IMG/VR virus record: IMGVR_UViG_3300033150_001094
Span: 1-61,191 of that record
DNA: 61,191 nucleotides
Strand: one strand, 5' to 3'
Origin: a virus
Shown: one piece after another, positions 30,078 to 39,597 of the stretch
How the letters are laid out: each line of letters starts with the position of its first letter
How positions within the stretch are numbered: position 1 is the stretch's first letter
The notes under the pieces: generated by a model
Seen by the model: only the letters and a program-made list of their open reading frames with translations
Databases searched by the model: none
Told to the model about the DNA's origin: nothing
Position numbers and translations under genes: made by a program

Positions 30078-31168
30078 CAGGCAAACACCCCTTGAAACAA
30101 CCGCCCTGTTGTGGGCAGATTCGGCAACCCAGGCAGTAGGCGAACGATTGTTGCTCCATCAGGCATGACAAACTGGCCACCATACCCCGCCGCTCGTACC
30201 AATGTCTCAAACAGTCCGTTGTCTCTGTCTCGGTATCCGTCGCCACCACCTGAACCACTAGTATCCATGCCGTTCACGCTGCGGATAAAGTCCCCAGAAT
30301 AGTCATCGCCCCCATTGTTCGCAGCATAGCACCCAATGGCTGTACTCACGTATGTTCCAGTGCCAGAACTCACGAACCCATGCTGGTCATTGTTCGTTGC
30401 ACGACAACCAAGAAGCAGCATGTTGAATCCGATGAAGCCGTACACATTTCCGTCTGCGACACAAAAAGCACGTACGGCAAAGTCCCCCGCGCCAGTACCA
30501 TAGAATCCGTACTGGTTGGCGTAAGCTAGGCAGCAAGCCACGCCAGCGAACCAAGCGAAACCGTTGGCTGCGTTGTGATCCGCGACGCTGCACATAGCCG
30601 TGGCTTGCCCATAGGAACGCAAACCGCTTGCGCCGTTGTGATCGCCGCGACAGTAAGCAAGCGCATTGTAGTAGCCCTTGTATCCTGTTGAAGTGTCCCG
30701 ATTGTAGTAGCCCTCCGCGCCATTGTAACAGAATCGGCAGTTGAACCAGTGGTTGGCATAGCCGTGGGCACCTGTTCCAGGAAGCACACCACAATCGGTC
30801 GCGTTGCGAAACTCCAGGTTGCGAAAGTGCCAATGCCATCCCTGATAGTACAAACAAGTCTTCGCTGTGTTATCGGCGTCGAGTCGCGCACGGGTCCCGT
30901 CTTCGACGCCTTGCCCCAAGCTGCTGTCCCAGCGATAGCCTCTAAGCGTTCGGCGAACGTCGCTGCCATAGGGCAACTGAATAGGAGCCGAAAGTGTGAT
31001 GCCAGGTGCAGAATCGGGGTCCACAGCGATGTTCACGTAAGAGTCAGCGTCGTTTTGGACTGCGTTGACCGCATCTTGCAGCCGGGTCTCGGACAGCGGC
31101 CAGGCACCCCCCCAGCTCAAACCATCGTTCGCGTCATTGCCGTCAGGTGTCAGATAATAGTCAGCCAT
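30077..31168 (-). CDS. right-handed beta-helix protein (tailspike/depolymerase candidate)
   Basis: MADYYLTPDGNDANDGLSWGGAW... followed by reiterated NG.(Y/F)G turns (HNGASG, HNAANGF, ANQYGFYG, DGNVYGF, NNDQHGF). Confidence 0.6.
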   Translation of the reverse strand: MADYYLTPDGNDANDGLSWGGAWPLSETRLQDAVNAVQNDADSYVNIAVDPDSAPGITLSAPIQLPYGSDVRRTLRGYRWDSSLGQGVEDGTRARLDADNTAKTCLYYQGWHWHFRNLEFRNATDCGVLPGTGAHGYANHWFNCRFCYNGAEGYYNRDTSTGYKGYYNALAYCRGDHNGASGLRSYGQATAMCSVADHNAANGFAWFAGVACCLAYANQYGFYGTGAGDFAVRAFCVADGNVYGFIGFNMLLLGCRATNNDQHGFVSSGTGTYVSTAIGCYAANNGGDDYSGDFIRSVNGMDTSGSGGGDGYRDRDNGLFETLVRAAGYGGQFVMPDGATIVRLLPGLPNLPTTGRLFQGVFA

Positions 31169-31172
31169 CGCT

Positions 31173-32339
31173 TCATCCCGACGCTTTCACGAAACCATTG
31201 GAATCCCTCCATAGTGCGCCCACTGATCCAGGATCACTGGCTGGAAGGTTTGGCAAAATTACCCTTTGGTTTGAGTCGTGGCCAATGACAGCGACGAAGC
31301 CGTCGTAGTTGTCGGTTAAGTCACATGCCACCCGGCTTCCGTACACCGCAACACCTTGAACCGAGGAGCCTGCGTCATGTACAAACAGACGGTTCAATCC
31401 GCTCGTTGCATATCCACCAACAACGCACAATCCGTAGCATTTCCTCAGCAGGATACCGTAGTGCCCACCGGCCACGCTGCCGCCGCCATTCTGGAAATAC
31501 ACGCCGGCAAGTGTAACACCCACCACATCGCCCTGCGTGCCAATCTTGAACAGATAAGTCGGCCCAGGATCGTTTGCGTAGATCGTCTCCATGTAAGTGC
31601 CATGGCAACTGAAGTTGTACGCCTGAGCCAATTCAACGGCAACCAAGTTGGCCTCAATGTCGCCTCCCAGTAGCCGAACACCTGTACTTGGCGCCGACGG
31701 ACCAACCACCATACCTCTTTCGCAACGGTACAGGATTCCTCCGTAAATTGCAGTGCCGTGTGCCTTGTTCAAAACCAGGCCGTCTTGGCAAAACTGGCAC
31801 ACGACATGTTCCAGGTGCCACCCGTGGCTTGGCTTGGCCCCGTCGCCAAAACGTATCCCCTCGGCCGCGTAACCTCCATATCCGCCGCCGTTATACGCAC
31901 TTACCATTGTGTGACGCAACACACCCCACGTTGAATTGTTGACCAAGATTACGGGGTGAGATGTCGCCACCTTCTGTTCAATCCTGATGCCATCAATTCC
32001 GCATCCACGTGACACATTACCATTAGGATCGCCAATCGTTACCACAGGAGCACTGTCAACATAGCTCTCCAAAAACACTGCTGTTGGCTCTATGGGGGCC
32101 GCATCCACGTGCGACAACGATGGCAGTCCGCGGAGAGTTACGCGCGACCTCGTGCCGTAATCAATAGGCGTGTAAATCGGAGATGATCCAGACGGCACAT
32201 ACACGACTCCACCAGTAACTGGCAGATCGGCGATCGCGGCGTTGATCTGTGCGCCCAAGTCGTTGCCCGGAAAGTCGGTTGCGAATCGCCATTCGCTAAC
32301 CGGATTGGGCATCGCTCTCAAGAGCGCATTCCTGGCCAT
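31173..32339 (-). CDS. pectate-lyase-fold tailspike candidate, paralogue of 33457..34608
   Basis: WRFATDFPGNDLGAQINAAIADLPVTGGVVYVPSG matches WRYADEFAGSDMGAKINAAIADLPSSGGVVWLPAG. Confidence 0.6.
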   Translation of the reverse strand: MARNALLRAMPNPVSEWRFATDFPGNDLGAQINAAIADLPVTGGVVYVPSGSSPIYTPIDYGTRSRVTLRGLPSLSHVDAAPIEPTAVFLESYVDSAPVVTIGDPNGNVSRGCGIDGIRIEQKVATSHPVILVNNSTWGVLRHTMVSAYNGGGYGGYAAEGIRFGDGAKPSHGWHLEHVVCQFCQDGLVLNKAHGTAIYGGILYRCERGMVVGPSAPSTGVRLLGGDIEANLVAVELAQAYNFSCHGTYMETIYANDPGPTYLFKIGTQGDVVGVTLAGVYFQNGGGSVAGGHYGILLRKCYGLCVVGGYATSGLNRLFVHDAGSSVQGVAVYGSRVACDLTDNYDGFVAVIGHDSNQRVILPNLPASDPGSVGALWRDSNGFVKASG

Positions 32340-32342
32340 GAC

Positions 32343-32906
32343 TCAAGCCTCCTGCATCCACTTGTTCAGAAGATGGCAAGGCGTCGTGCGGCCGCCTGCC
32401 CTCACCCCGAGCCCTATTACCGTGGCGACGGCGTCCACGAACTCAGAGCAGTGCATCCATCCCGTCAGGCGGAACAGGTAATTGAGGAACAGGCCGTATC
32501 TCAAACCGCTGTAATCAACCAACCAATCTGCCAGTCCTCTGGCCATGCCCTTAATTTCGCCCGGTATTTCACACGGCGGCACAATCCATTTGTGATCAAT
32601 CCCGCCCCAGTACTTGGCCCACGGTAACGATTCCCAGTGCGGCACCACAACAGAGCAGTATTCTCTCCATGAATGTCGTTGCGGGCCACTCTTGAGAAAC
32701 GGCTTGCCGATCTTCGGGTGGCTGTGATAGACATAGGGTCGCCCACCGTAGTTGACCCTCAGCACTACATGCGTGTACGGACAACCACCCCACCACGCTA
32801 TGAACTTGTCAACCACGACCGGAACCATATGGCGCATGACGCCAAGGCTAAACTCTGGCGGTGGTTCGACCTCAAACGTATTGTGTGGCACCAATTGTCT
32901 CCGCAT
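32343..32906 (-). CDS. possible NlpC/P60-superfamily (YiiX-like) cysteine peptidase
   Basis: ...LTGWMHCSEFVDAVATVIG... is a candidate nucleophile context. Weak evidence. Confidence 0.35.
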   Translation of the reverse strand: MRRQLVPHNTFEVEPPPEFSLGVMRHMVPVVVDKFIAWWGGCPYTHVVLRVNYGGRPYVYHSHPKIGKPFLKSGPQRHSWREYCSVVVPHWESLPWAKYWGGIDHKWIVPPCEIPGEIKGMARGLADWLVDYSGLRYGLFLNYLFRLTGWMHCSEFVDAVATVIGLGVRAGGRTTPCHLLNKWMQEA

Positions 32907-32915
32907 ACTGAACCC

Positions 32916-33203
32916 TCAGCCTGCGCGCAGGATTTGACGCAACAAGCACCGCCTTGCTTCTTTCTTCAACCGGCGGTGCCACCGGCGGCTAAGCCACACT
33001 TCGGTTCCGCGGTACATTAGCCGCACTTGCTTGCCGACCATGACAACTCGGAACTCTTTGTCTCGGTGCTTCAACCCACCATACACCGGATGCCAGTCCA
33101 TATAAGCATCGCGCAGAGAACCAACCACTGCCTTCGCCACGGCATCAGACAACTTCGACGGGCACGGCAGCCGCCGGCCGACAGCCAGCCAAATCGCCAA
33201 CAT
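32916..33203 (-). CDS. hypothetical protein (95 aa)
   Basis: MLAIWLAVGRRLPCP... The ATG directly follows the stop of the small ORF 33205..33348. The ORF-track version to 33281 overlaps that small ORF. Confidence 0.4.
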   Translation of the reverse strand: MLAIWLAVGRRLPCPSKLSDAVAKAVVGSLRDAYMDWHPVYGGLKHRDKEFRVVMVGKQVRLMYRGTEVWLSRRWHRRLKKEARRCLLRQILRAG

Positions 33204-33204
33204 G

Positions 33205-33348
33205 TCACCGTCCTTTCTGCTTGATGGGTTCCCCCGTCTTATACACCTGTTTGGTCTGCTTCTGGCATATGCGAATGGCACTCACCTTCCCCATGCCACG
33301 ACTAACAAGATGCATAACACAGCGATGAACTCGCGTCCCTTTAGGCAT
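33205..33348 (-). CDS. small basic protein (47 aa), not in the ORF track
   Basis: MPKGTRVHRCVMHLVSRGMGKVSAIRICQKQTKQVYKTGEPIKQKGR. The start overlaps the upstream stop. Confidence 0.4.
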   Translation of the reverse strand: MPKGTRVHRCVMHLVSRGMGKVSAIRICQKQTKQVYKTGEPIKQKGR

Positions 33349-33457
33349 CGGTTGGCCTCCAAACACCGATTTTCCAGAGAATCCACAACATGACCCACAA
33401 GAAAAACTCGCGCCACTGCCGTGGCGTACGCCGCAATCGCCTGGGCACTCGTTTCAT
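33341..33457 (-). CDS. small membrane protein (38 aa), not in the ORF track
   Basis: MKRVPRRLRRTPRQWREFFLWVMLWILWKIGVWRPTDA, with a TGATG overlap with the tailspike stop. Confidence 0.35.
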   Translation of the reverse strand: MKRVPRRLRRTPRQWREFFLWVMLWILWKIGVWRPTDA

Positions 33458-34608
33458 CACACCACCTTCAAGGTTCCACCGTCATTCCATATCGCACCAG
33501 ATACGGCCGGTGCCGATGTCGGCAAATTCTTGAACCGGATGTACGTTGACGCAGTAGGGGGTGCCAGCAACCAATGATTGCTGCCACATCCGGCAATCAT
33601 TTCTACGCCGCCCTCGTTGTCACAAAAAGTCGTGCCGTCATGCAATACCCCCATTGCCTTGACGCCACCCACGCCGCTTCCGGCCAAACTTAGAAACGTA
33701 GGCCAATTGCTATCCGCTTCGCCGCCGACTACCATCATGCCGTCCAGATTGTCCGCCCTGATAGCCGCCACATTCAGAACTGCGGGGTCCGACGCCCAGC
33801 AGCACCCCATCAAAGTGATGTTGCGACACTGGGCAGACTGGCCAACACGAATTCCGTAGCCATCGCCAACGGATTCGTGCCGCCCTTCGATTCGCAAACC
33901 AACGACGGTTACGTTGTCAGAACCATCTACATCTAGCCCGGCGTCCCTGTTGTCATGGCACGTACCCCCCAATACTACCACGTCGTCACAATAATCGCCA
34001 ACAGCAATACCACTATGACACCTGGCAGTGCGGCAGTAAGCTACCTCGCAACGCCTAGAGTTCACGACTTTGATGCCGTCGCCAGCCGCCACTACTTCGC
34101 ATCGTTCCAACGTCCACTCATCACAAGCGTTTGAGATGTCCCCAACCTGAATGCCGGTCCCCAAGTAAGCCGGGTATCCGCTAGCATCGCGTCCTTGGAC
34201 TGCCACATCTCGTATGCTGCCACGTACCGACTTGGCGATTTTCACCGCCGGATATGCCGTGGTCGATATCTGGTCGATGACCACCCCCCACAACCCACAA
34301 CCAATAGTGGCAGTGCCTCCAGAAGAACCTATCGTTACCACTGGTGCCGTCGTGATTGTCGAGCGAAGGATCGTCGGTGCTGCCGACCCATCTGAACCCA
34401 ACATAGCACGAGCCGAAAACCCGGAGGCAGCCACGAGAACATTATCCCTGGTGCCGTACTCAATTGGCGTGCTGATGCTATAATCACCGGCAGGCAACCA
34501 TACGACACCGCCACTGCTCGGCAAGTCCGCAATGGCGGCGTTGATCTTGGCGCCCATGTCAGAGCCCGCGAACTCGTCAGCATACCGCCAATCGGTCAAT
34601 ACCGTCAT
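33457..34608 (-). CDS. pectate-lyase-fold tailspike candidate
   Basis: 383 aa. The N-terminus is paralogous to 31173..32339, and the body is beta-helix-like. Confidence 0.6.
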   Translation of the reverse strand: MTVLTDWRYADEFAGSDMGAKINAAIADLPSSGGVVWLPAGDYSISTPIEYGTRDNVLVAASGFSARAMLGSDGSAAPTILRSTITTAPVVTIGSSGGTATIGCGLWGVVIDQISTTAYPAVKIAKSVRGSIRDVAVQGRDASGYPAYLGTGIQVGDISNACDEWTLERCEVVAAGDGIKVVNSRRCEVAYCRTARCHSGIAVGDYCDDVVVLGGTCHDNRDAGLDVDGSDNVTVVGLRIEGRHESVGDGYGIRVGQSAQCRNITLMGCCWASDPAVLNVAAIRADNLDGMMVVGGEADSNWPTFLSLAGSGVGGVKAMGVLHDGTTFCDNEGGVEMIAGCGSNHWLLAPPTASTYIRFKNLPTSAPAVSGAIWNDGGTLKVV

Positions 34609-34611
34609 GGC

Positions 34612-34995
34612 TCAGGGCCTCTCTCTTTCGATTGCCGCGATTGCTTCGGTCAGCTTTTGCGTATGGTCTCGGCAGTGTTGGGTAATTTCGGCCAGCCTGG
34701 TAAGAGTCTCCACTAACTCTTTGCTGTCGGCGTGACGCGATTCCTCCCACCTGCCCATCTGTGCCCGCATCGCGTCCAGGGCCAGCTTCACAGATTCACC
34801 AAGCTCAGAAATCGCCCTGTTCTGGGCGGGCAACACCTTGATTAAAAGCACCAAGCACACCAATCCAAGTAGAGCCATTCCGCTAGCCTGCAAGATGGTG
34901 TCGTACAACGGAATACCTGTCCCTTGGGCTAGCACCAACATCCCGGTTGCCGCTCCTACGCCTATTGACAATGCCATTGTGACCGTACCATTCAT
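34612..34995 (-). CDS. holin candidate
   Basis: 127 aa with two hydrophobic helices (ALSIGVGAATGMLVLA and GMALLGLVCLVLLIKVL) and a charged coiled tail. It lies next to the peptidase. Confidence 0.45.
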   Translation of the reverse strand: MNGTVTMALSIGVGAATGMLVLAQGTGIPLYDTILQASGMALLGLVCLVLLIKVLPAQNRAISELGESVKLALDAMRAQMGRWEESRHADSKELVETLTRLAEITQHCRDHTQKLTEAIAAIERERP

Positions 34996-34998
34996 GCG

Positions 34999-35829
34999 TT
35001 ACTCCAGCGCTAGCGTCCACACACGGATAGCATAAGCACCGTAAGCAAACTGAATCCGTGAGCTATGAAGCACTCCGAATCCGTCACGGCCCCATTCTTT
35101 GCCCCACGAATTCTTGAACTCCAGCGTGGTTTGGCTGAGCAACTGGGTCGCAAATACGGCGTGTGAGTCGTAGCCGAAATAGACGGGCCACCCATACAGC
35201 AAAGCCGATCCAAACTCCGCCCAGTCTCGCACTTCGTAGAACTCTTGCAGGCGATACTTGGCGGCCTCGCGTATCGCCTCAGCCGACGGCTCTTGGCGAT
35301 AGCCTCTTTCCCTGGGCCACATGCTTTCTGGTGTAATGCCGATTGCTCTGGCGTACCGCAAATTGGATTGCAGGGTACTGCCATGATCCACGCCACCACC
35401 AGAGTAATGATAGAGCCCCCACGGGTTCAGCATTACATCCGGTTGACCCTGAAACCGCCGAACCGTCAGGCATGTTCCCGTCAGAGATTCGGCCGCACAA
35501 GAGCCGACGCCGTCTTGGTCCAAGGTGAACCACACAAACTTCTCTACGTCAACCTTGTTGCTTTCGAGATACCGGCCCCATTGGTCAACGGGAATCACTG
35601 GGACTACTTCTTTTAGCCGGCACAGCTTGAGATTGGTGCGCAGTTCCGCAGGATCACCCGGCAACAGCCCCTTGCTCTTGCCAACAGGCGGATTGTCGAG
35701 CATGTCCCGCCCCAAGAAGTCCAGCTCGTCTTCAAGAGAATCGTCAAGATGCCGCTCATCGAACGGCCGAGCTAAATACTGCTCGCGCAGCTCAATGAGC
35801 CTCCTTGACCTTGAGTCCAGGCTATTCAT
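34999..35829 (-). CDS. papain-family (C1) cysteine peptidase
   Basis: QDGVGSCAAESLTG (Gln/Cys), HAVFATQ (His) and NSWGKEWGRDGF (the NSWG..WG..G signature). No signal peptide. Confidence 0.8.
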   Translation of the reverse strand: MNSLDSRSRRLIELREQYLARPFDERHLDDSLEDELDFLGRDMLDNPPVGKSKGLLPGDPAELRTNLKLCRLKEVVPVIPVDQWGRYLESNKVDVEKFVWFTLDQDGVGSCAAESLTGTCLTVRRFQGQPDVMLNPWGLYHYSGGGVDHGSTLQSNLRYARAIGITPESMWPRERGYRQEPSAEAIREAAKYRLQEFYEVRDWAEFGSALLYGWPVYFGYDSHAVFATQLLSQTTLEFKNSWGKEWGRDGFGVLHSSRIQFAYGAYAIRVWTLALE

Positions 35830-36235
35830 CGTAAACCTCCCTCACTTTCGTGGCAAACTTCACGGCGTCCGGCGGTACCACAAAGTGCCCTTTCAGTCGT
35901 TTGGCCTTCACCACAAACGCGTGCGGCATACCCTCAGCTACCGCAATATCAACCAGCCGAGCAAGCCACTCTGGCTGCTCGTCTGTTGCGTCCACGATGT
36001 CCTTGTCAAACACGTACAAGTTGCCGCCAAGGACACCGCGTGCCTCGTCTGAATAGAGCACCAGTACATGCTCGTAGCTGACGCTGCTCGATTCGTAGAT
36101 GATGAGCGCGCTGTCTGGCAGAGGAATCTCGGCGGGCGTCGGTTCGGGTTCCGGCGGCGGACAGCCGACAAATAGCCCGCAGGTCGCCAGCACCCAAAGT
36201 GCGAGCGCGATTCTAAAAGGTTTGGGTCGCATCAT
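35822..36235 (-). CDS. lipoprotein (spanin-like position)
   Basis: MMRPKPFRIALALWVLATCGLFVGC followed by a PPPEPEPTP linker. This is a signal peptide plus lipobox Cys. Confidence 0.55.
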   Translation of the reverse strand: MMRPKPFRIALALWVLATCGLFVGCPPPEPEPTPAEIPLPDSALIIYESSSVSYEHVLVLYSDEARGVLGGNLYVFDKDIVDATDEQPEWLARLVDIAVAEGMPHAFVVKAKRLKGHFVVPPDAVKFATKVREVYDE

Positions 36236-36429
36236 TCGCCTCCTTCACCACTCAGCAGAAGTTCCAGGATACGACGGAAAGCTTCACTTTCCACGAGGGC
36301 AGCAAGAGCCTTCGCCACGGCGTCGTCGATCTTGTTGCCGGTCAACTCAGCAACAGCCTCGACCAGTGCCACTACGGCCTTGGCGAGTTTGGCCGCTTGC
36401 TCAGGCGTCAAGTTCAGATTGTCGGTCAT
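36232..36429 (-). CDS. small helical protein (65 aa)
   Basis: TPEQAAKLAKAVVALVEAVAELTGNKIDDAVAKAL. Confidence 0.5.
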   Translation of the reverse strand: MTDNLNLTPEQAAKLAKAVVALVEAVAELTGNKIDDAVAKALAALVESEAFRRILELLLSGEGGE

Positions 36430-36440
36430 TGTGCTTCTCC

Positions 36441-37733
36441 TTACAAACCAAGGTACACGAAAGTTGCCGATCCCCCCAGAAGCGTAGCAAAGTTCTGGGA
36501 ATCACAGTACACGTTCCCATCAGCAACGAATTGTACGCCAGTGTCGGCTACCAGTTCCACCACCGCTGCTGCCGACCCCGAAACAATGGGGTGCCCGTGC
36601 TGGATGACCTGACTTCTCGGCACGCAGGCCATAAACTGCAACCCCTCAAGCTCCACGCCCCCATGAAGCACCGTAGCCTCCACGGGATGCACCCAATCCC
36701 GAAGCCACTTGTCTTCGTAATCGTCACCCCCGGAATCTTTCTTCTCCTCTGTAATATATCCGTCGTTGGCCATTTGCCCCAAGCCAAATCTCGCCTCCCA
36801 AGCCACCAGATAGCTGCCCCCCTTTCGGACTACCACAGTCCCGGTGTCCACATTCTCGGCAATTGCTGGCTGCCATTCCACGGCGTCGCCACGCCCCTGC
36901 CAATAACTGAACATGACCCGTGCATTCGTGCCACTAGTCAAACCGCTGACAACCCCACCACCACTGCCAAATAGCACTGGAGAGGTAAGCCTCACGTAAT
37001 CCAGCATGAAAGGTTCGACAAGCTTCCAACTCGCCGTGGCACTGTTCCACCTGTAAATGTGCCCCGTTCCGCCGAATACTGGGGCGTCGTCGACGGGTAC
37101 AGCAGTTGAATACTGCCCAGTGCGTTGCAGCACATCATCGTAGGGCCTCAAGGCGTACCACCCTTCGGTGGGTTCAGCAAGCATCATGCGATACACCCAC
37201 GTGGCAGTAGGTGGCGCCAAGATAACCGGGTCAATCAGAAGCCTTTCACCGTCATGTTCCTCGACGTGTCCGTAGATGAGTGAGGCGCAAACTTCGTAGA
37301 TCGGGCCAACCAACAGCCATCTGCCACCGAGATTTGCCAGTTGCACGATGGTTCCAGGCGGAACCCATCGTGCCGGGAATCTGCCTTTCGGGATGGCTGC
37401 GTCGGGGGCCACTTTGGCCGCAAAAGCCCCATCAATATCAGTCCTGTTCGGCAATTCAGGTGCCCAGACAGTTACCCCCCCACTGATGATCCCGGGGTCC
37501 AAGTAGCTCACCATCTCGACGGGATACACAAGACCCGTATCCCTTGTGGTGTCCATCGCCTGTTCTAGCGTGGGATAGTTGAACGTGTTGACCGTCCGGC
37601 CAATAGCACTAGAAAGCGCCGGTGAAGTTGGAACCTCAAGGTACGCAGAGGTGACTTCCCGCGACCGATGATCGGCCAGTGCTGCCTCATGGGCAAGCAG
37701 AGTTTCCCGAATTGTCTCGTTGATCCCTTGCAT
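36441..37733 (-). CDS. tail/virion structural protein (430 aa)
   Basis: Met (MQGINETIRE) lies right after the upstream stop. The ORF-track start at 37805 would overlap by 70 nt. Confidence 0.55.
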   Translation of the reverse strand: MQGINETIRETLLAHEAALADHRSREVTSAYLEVPTSPALSSAIGRTVNTFNYPTLEQAMDTTRDTGLVYPVEMVSYLDPGIISGGVTVWAPELPNRTDIDGAFAAKVAPDAAIPKGRFPARWVPPGTIVQLANLGGRWLLVGPIYEVCASLIYGHVEEHDGERLLIDPVILAPPTATWVYRMMLAEPTEGWYALRPYDDVLQRTGQYSTAVPVDDAPVFGGTGHIYRWNSATASWKLVEPFMLDYVRLTSPVLFGSGGGVVSGLTSGTNARVMFSYWQGRGDAVEWQPAIAENVDTGTVVVRKGGSYLVAWEARFGLGQMANDGYITEEKKDSGGDDYEDKWLRDWVHPVEATVLHGGVELEGLQFMACVPRSQVIQHGHPIVSGSAAAVVELVADTGVQFVADGNVYCDSQNFATLLGGSATFVYLGL

Positions 37734-37735
37734 GG

Positions 37736-38572
37736 CTATCCCGCAGGCAAGAGAATCCTCAAATCGGCCGTCGGCACCAAGCTCACCTTGCGAAACCTTG
37801 ACCACGCGTGTGCACTGTCGCCAGCGTACAAGTCGTCATATTGCCCCAAAAACGGATTCCAGACCGTACCGAACGGTTGGCTGCTTAGCAGGAATGACAG
37901 GGACACTTCGTACCGCGACACCGTGCCAAGTTGCCACCGCCGCTCAACCCTCGGCCCCAAATATAGCAACCTCCTTTGGGCTACCACCAAACCACCCAAA
38001 ATGGTAACAGGCGTGGCGTTGCACGCTCCAGTCAGAGAAAAGATCGCGCCGCCAATCGTCGTCAGCTTGGCGATTCTGACGGTATAGCTGGCGTTGCTTA
38101 CGACCAGTTTGGGGATGGTATCGGTCCCCAACCCCACCATCTTGTCTATCTTCGTTCGGAATAAGGCACCGTCCATCTCCTCGGCCGCCGTCCGCATGAA
38201 CAGCCCCCCGCCCGGAACTGGTGCCACAGAAGGCCTGGGAACAAGCAACTCCTGATAATACGCGCCCAATGCCTGTGACCACACAAACTCCTCGTACGTG
38301 ATTTCCAGCAGCCAGCGGCGATAGGTCCCGTCTGGGCAATGTGTGCCAATTGGGTTCAAGGACACTCGCACCGGCAACATCCCCTCCCACTCTGTATTAA
38401 CCAGAGTGTTCAGTTCGCTGCTCGGCGTGTAGCCGGTACTGAATAGCTCATCCTGGGGGACTTCAAATGTGCGTACCGCGCTCTTGGACGGATGCCAAGG
38501 CGTGCTGATGCCTTGGTTCGCTAGGTAAACGAATCTTGGAGACCCGGCTACTTCGTGGTCCGTTATCGCCAT
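37736..38572 (-). CDS. virion structural protein (278 aa)
   Basis: Sits in the structural block. No motif recognised. Confidence 0.55.
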   Translation of the reverse strand: MAITDHEVAGSPRFVYLANQGISTPWHPSKSAVRTFEVPQDELFSTGYTPSSELNTLVNTEWEGMLPVRVSLNPIGTHCPDGTYRRWLLEITYEEFVWSQALGAYYQELLVPRPSVAPVPGGGLFMRTAAEEMDGALFRTKIDKMVGLGTDTIPKLVVSNASYTVRIAKLTTIGGAIFSLTGACNATPVTILGGLVVAQRRLLYLGPRVERRWQLGTVSRYEVSLSFLLSSQPFGTVWNPFLGQYDDLYAGDSAHAWSRFRKVSLVPTADLRILLPAG

Positions 38573-38763
38573 TTCACGTTCCCTGCGTTGACTTCCTCGG
38601 CCAATTCGAGCACATCTGGGTCTGTCCCACGAACCTCCAACCTGCCGTCCATGCGGTTAGACACCACAACACTCTTTGCTGCCGCCAACCGTCGCTCTAA
38701 CTCATCGACCCGGCGTCTCAATAAATCCAGCTCGGCAGCAAGGGCGGCAAGATCGTCAGCCAT
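38563..38763 (-). CDS. small coiled-coil protein (66 aa)
   Basis: LAALAAELDLLRRRVDELERRLAAAK. Confidence 0.45.
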   Translation of the reverse strand: MADDLAALAAELDLLRRRVDELERRLAAAKSVVVSNRMDGRLEVRGTDPDVLELAEEVNAGNVKWR

Positions 38764-39589
38764 AGACCCGTACCCCGTTGACCGTTACTTGTCCGGTGTA
38801 ATTGCCAGCAGAATCCGTCTCATCGAATATCAACCTGGCAGCATATCGGCACCTGCGGCCACGAGTGGCAGTGTAACTCATCGTCTGTGGCACCCAGTTC
38901 GCCACCTCAACCAACTTGGTGGCACCACGCGTCAGCCCGATCTTGCACCTGCCGAGCAGGGAATCTGCGTCGTTGATGCTATCAGCTTCCAGCACCACGT
39001 TGGCTGCGCCACCCAGGGGCGAGCACACCCACGTAACCTCATCTCTGGCAACGATCCACATCGGGCGCCTGCCCATCTGAATGTTTACCTTCACCACGCT
39101 GCCCAACTGGGCACCGTTCACCTGGCAGGCCGCCCCTTCCACTGATTCCAACCTTGGTGTGTCAACCTCGTTGATCCCGGTCGGCTCATTTGTTCTTGCC
39201 AACGAAGGCACACTGCACACCCACCGCCACACCGCGGCTTGGTTCTCCCAGTCGTACCCCTGTTCCCACTCAGACAGCACTCCAGTGCCAAACCACCACG
39301 GACTGGCATCACTCGTATGCTTGTCTTCGCAAAGCCACAAGGCCACAGCCTGCCCCGGAGCGCAACTCAGAGGCAATAAGCCCACACCTTGCAAAAGCAC
39401 GGTGATGTATGACTTTGCACACCCCATAACAATAGCCGCCCCCTTACCGATGGCCGAAAACGACGCGGATGGCGTAAGTTGCCATACGCGCATGATCCCA
39501 ACCGATACGGCATTCGACAGCCGGTATTTTGTCGTGCCGCCGTCCAGGGAAACGATTGCGTCTCGAAAATCGCCATACAGTCCCGCCAT
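38756..39589 (-). CDS. virion structural protein (277 aa)
   Basis: Met (MAGLYGDFRD) lies after the upstream stop. The ORF-track start at 39673 overlaps by 76 nt. Confidence 0.5.
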   Translation of the reverse strand: MAGLYGDFRDAIVSLDGGTTKYRLSNAVSVGIMRVWQLTPSASFSAIGKGAAIVMGCAKSYITVLLQGVGLLPLSCAPGQAVALWLCEDKHTSDASPWWFGTGVLSEWEQGYDWENQAAVWRWVCSVPSLARTNEPTGINEVDTPRLESVEGAACQVNGAQLGSVVKVNIQMGRRPMWIVARDEVTWVCSPLGGAANVVLEADSINDADSLLGRCKIGLTRGATKLVEVANWVPQTMSYTATRGRRCRYAARLIFDETDSAGNYTGQVTVNGVRVYG

Positions 39590-39597
39590 TGTTGTGC

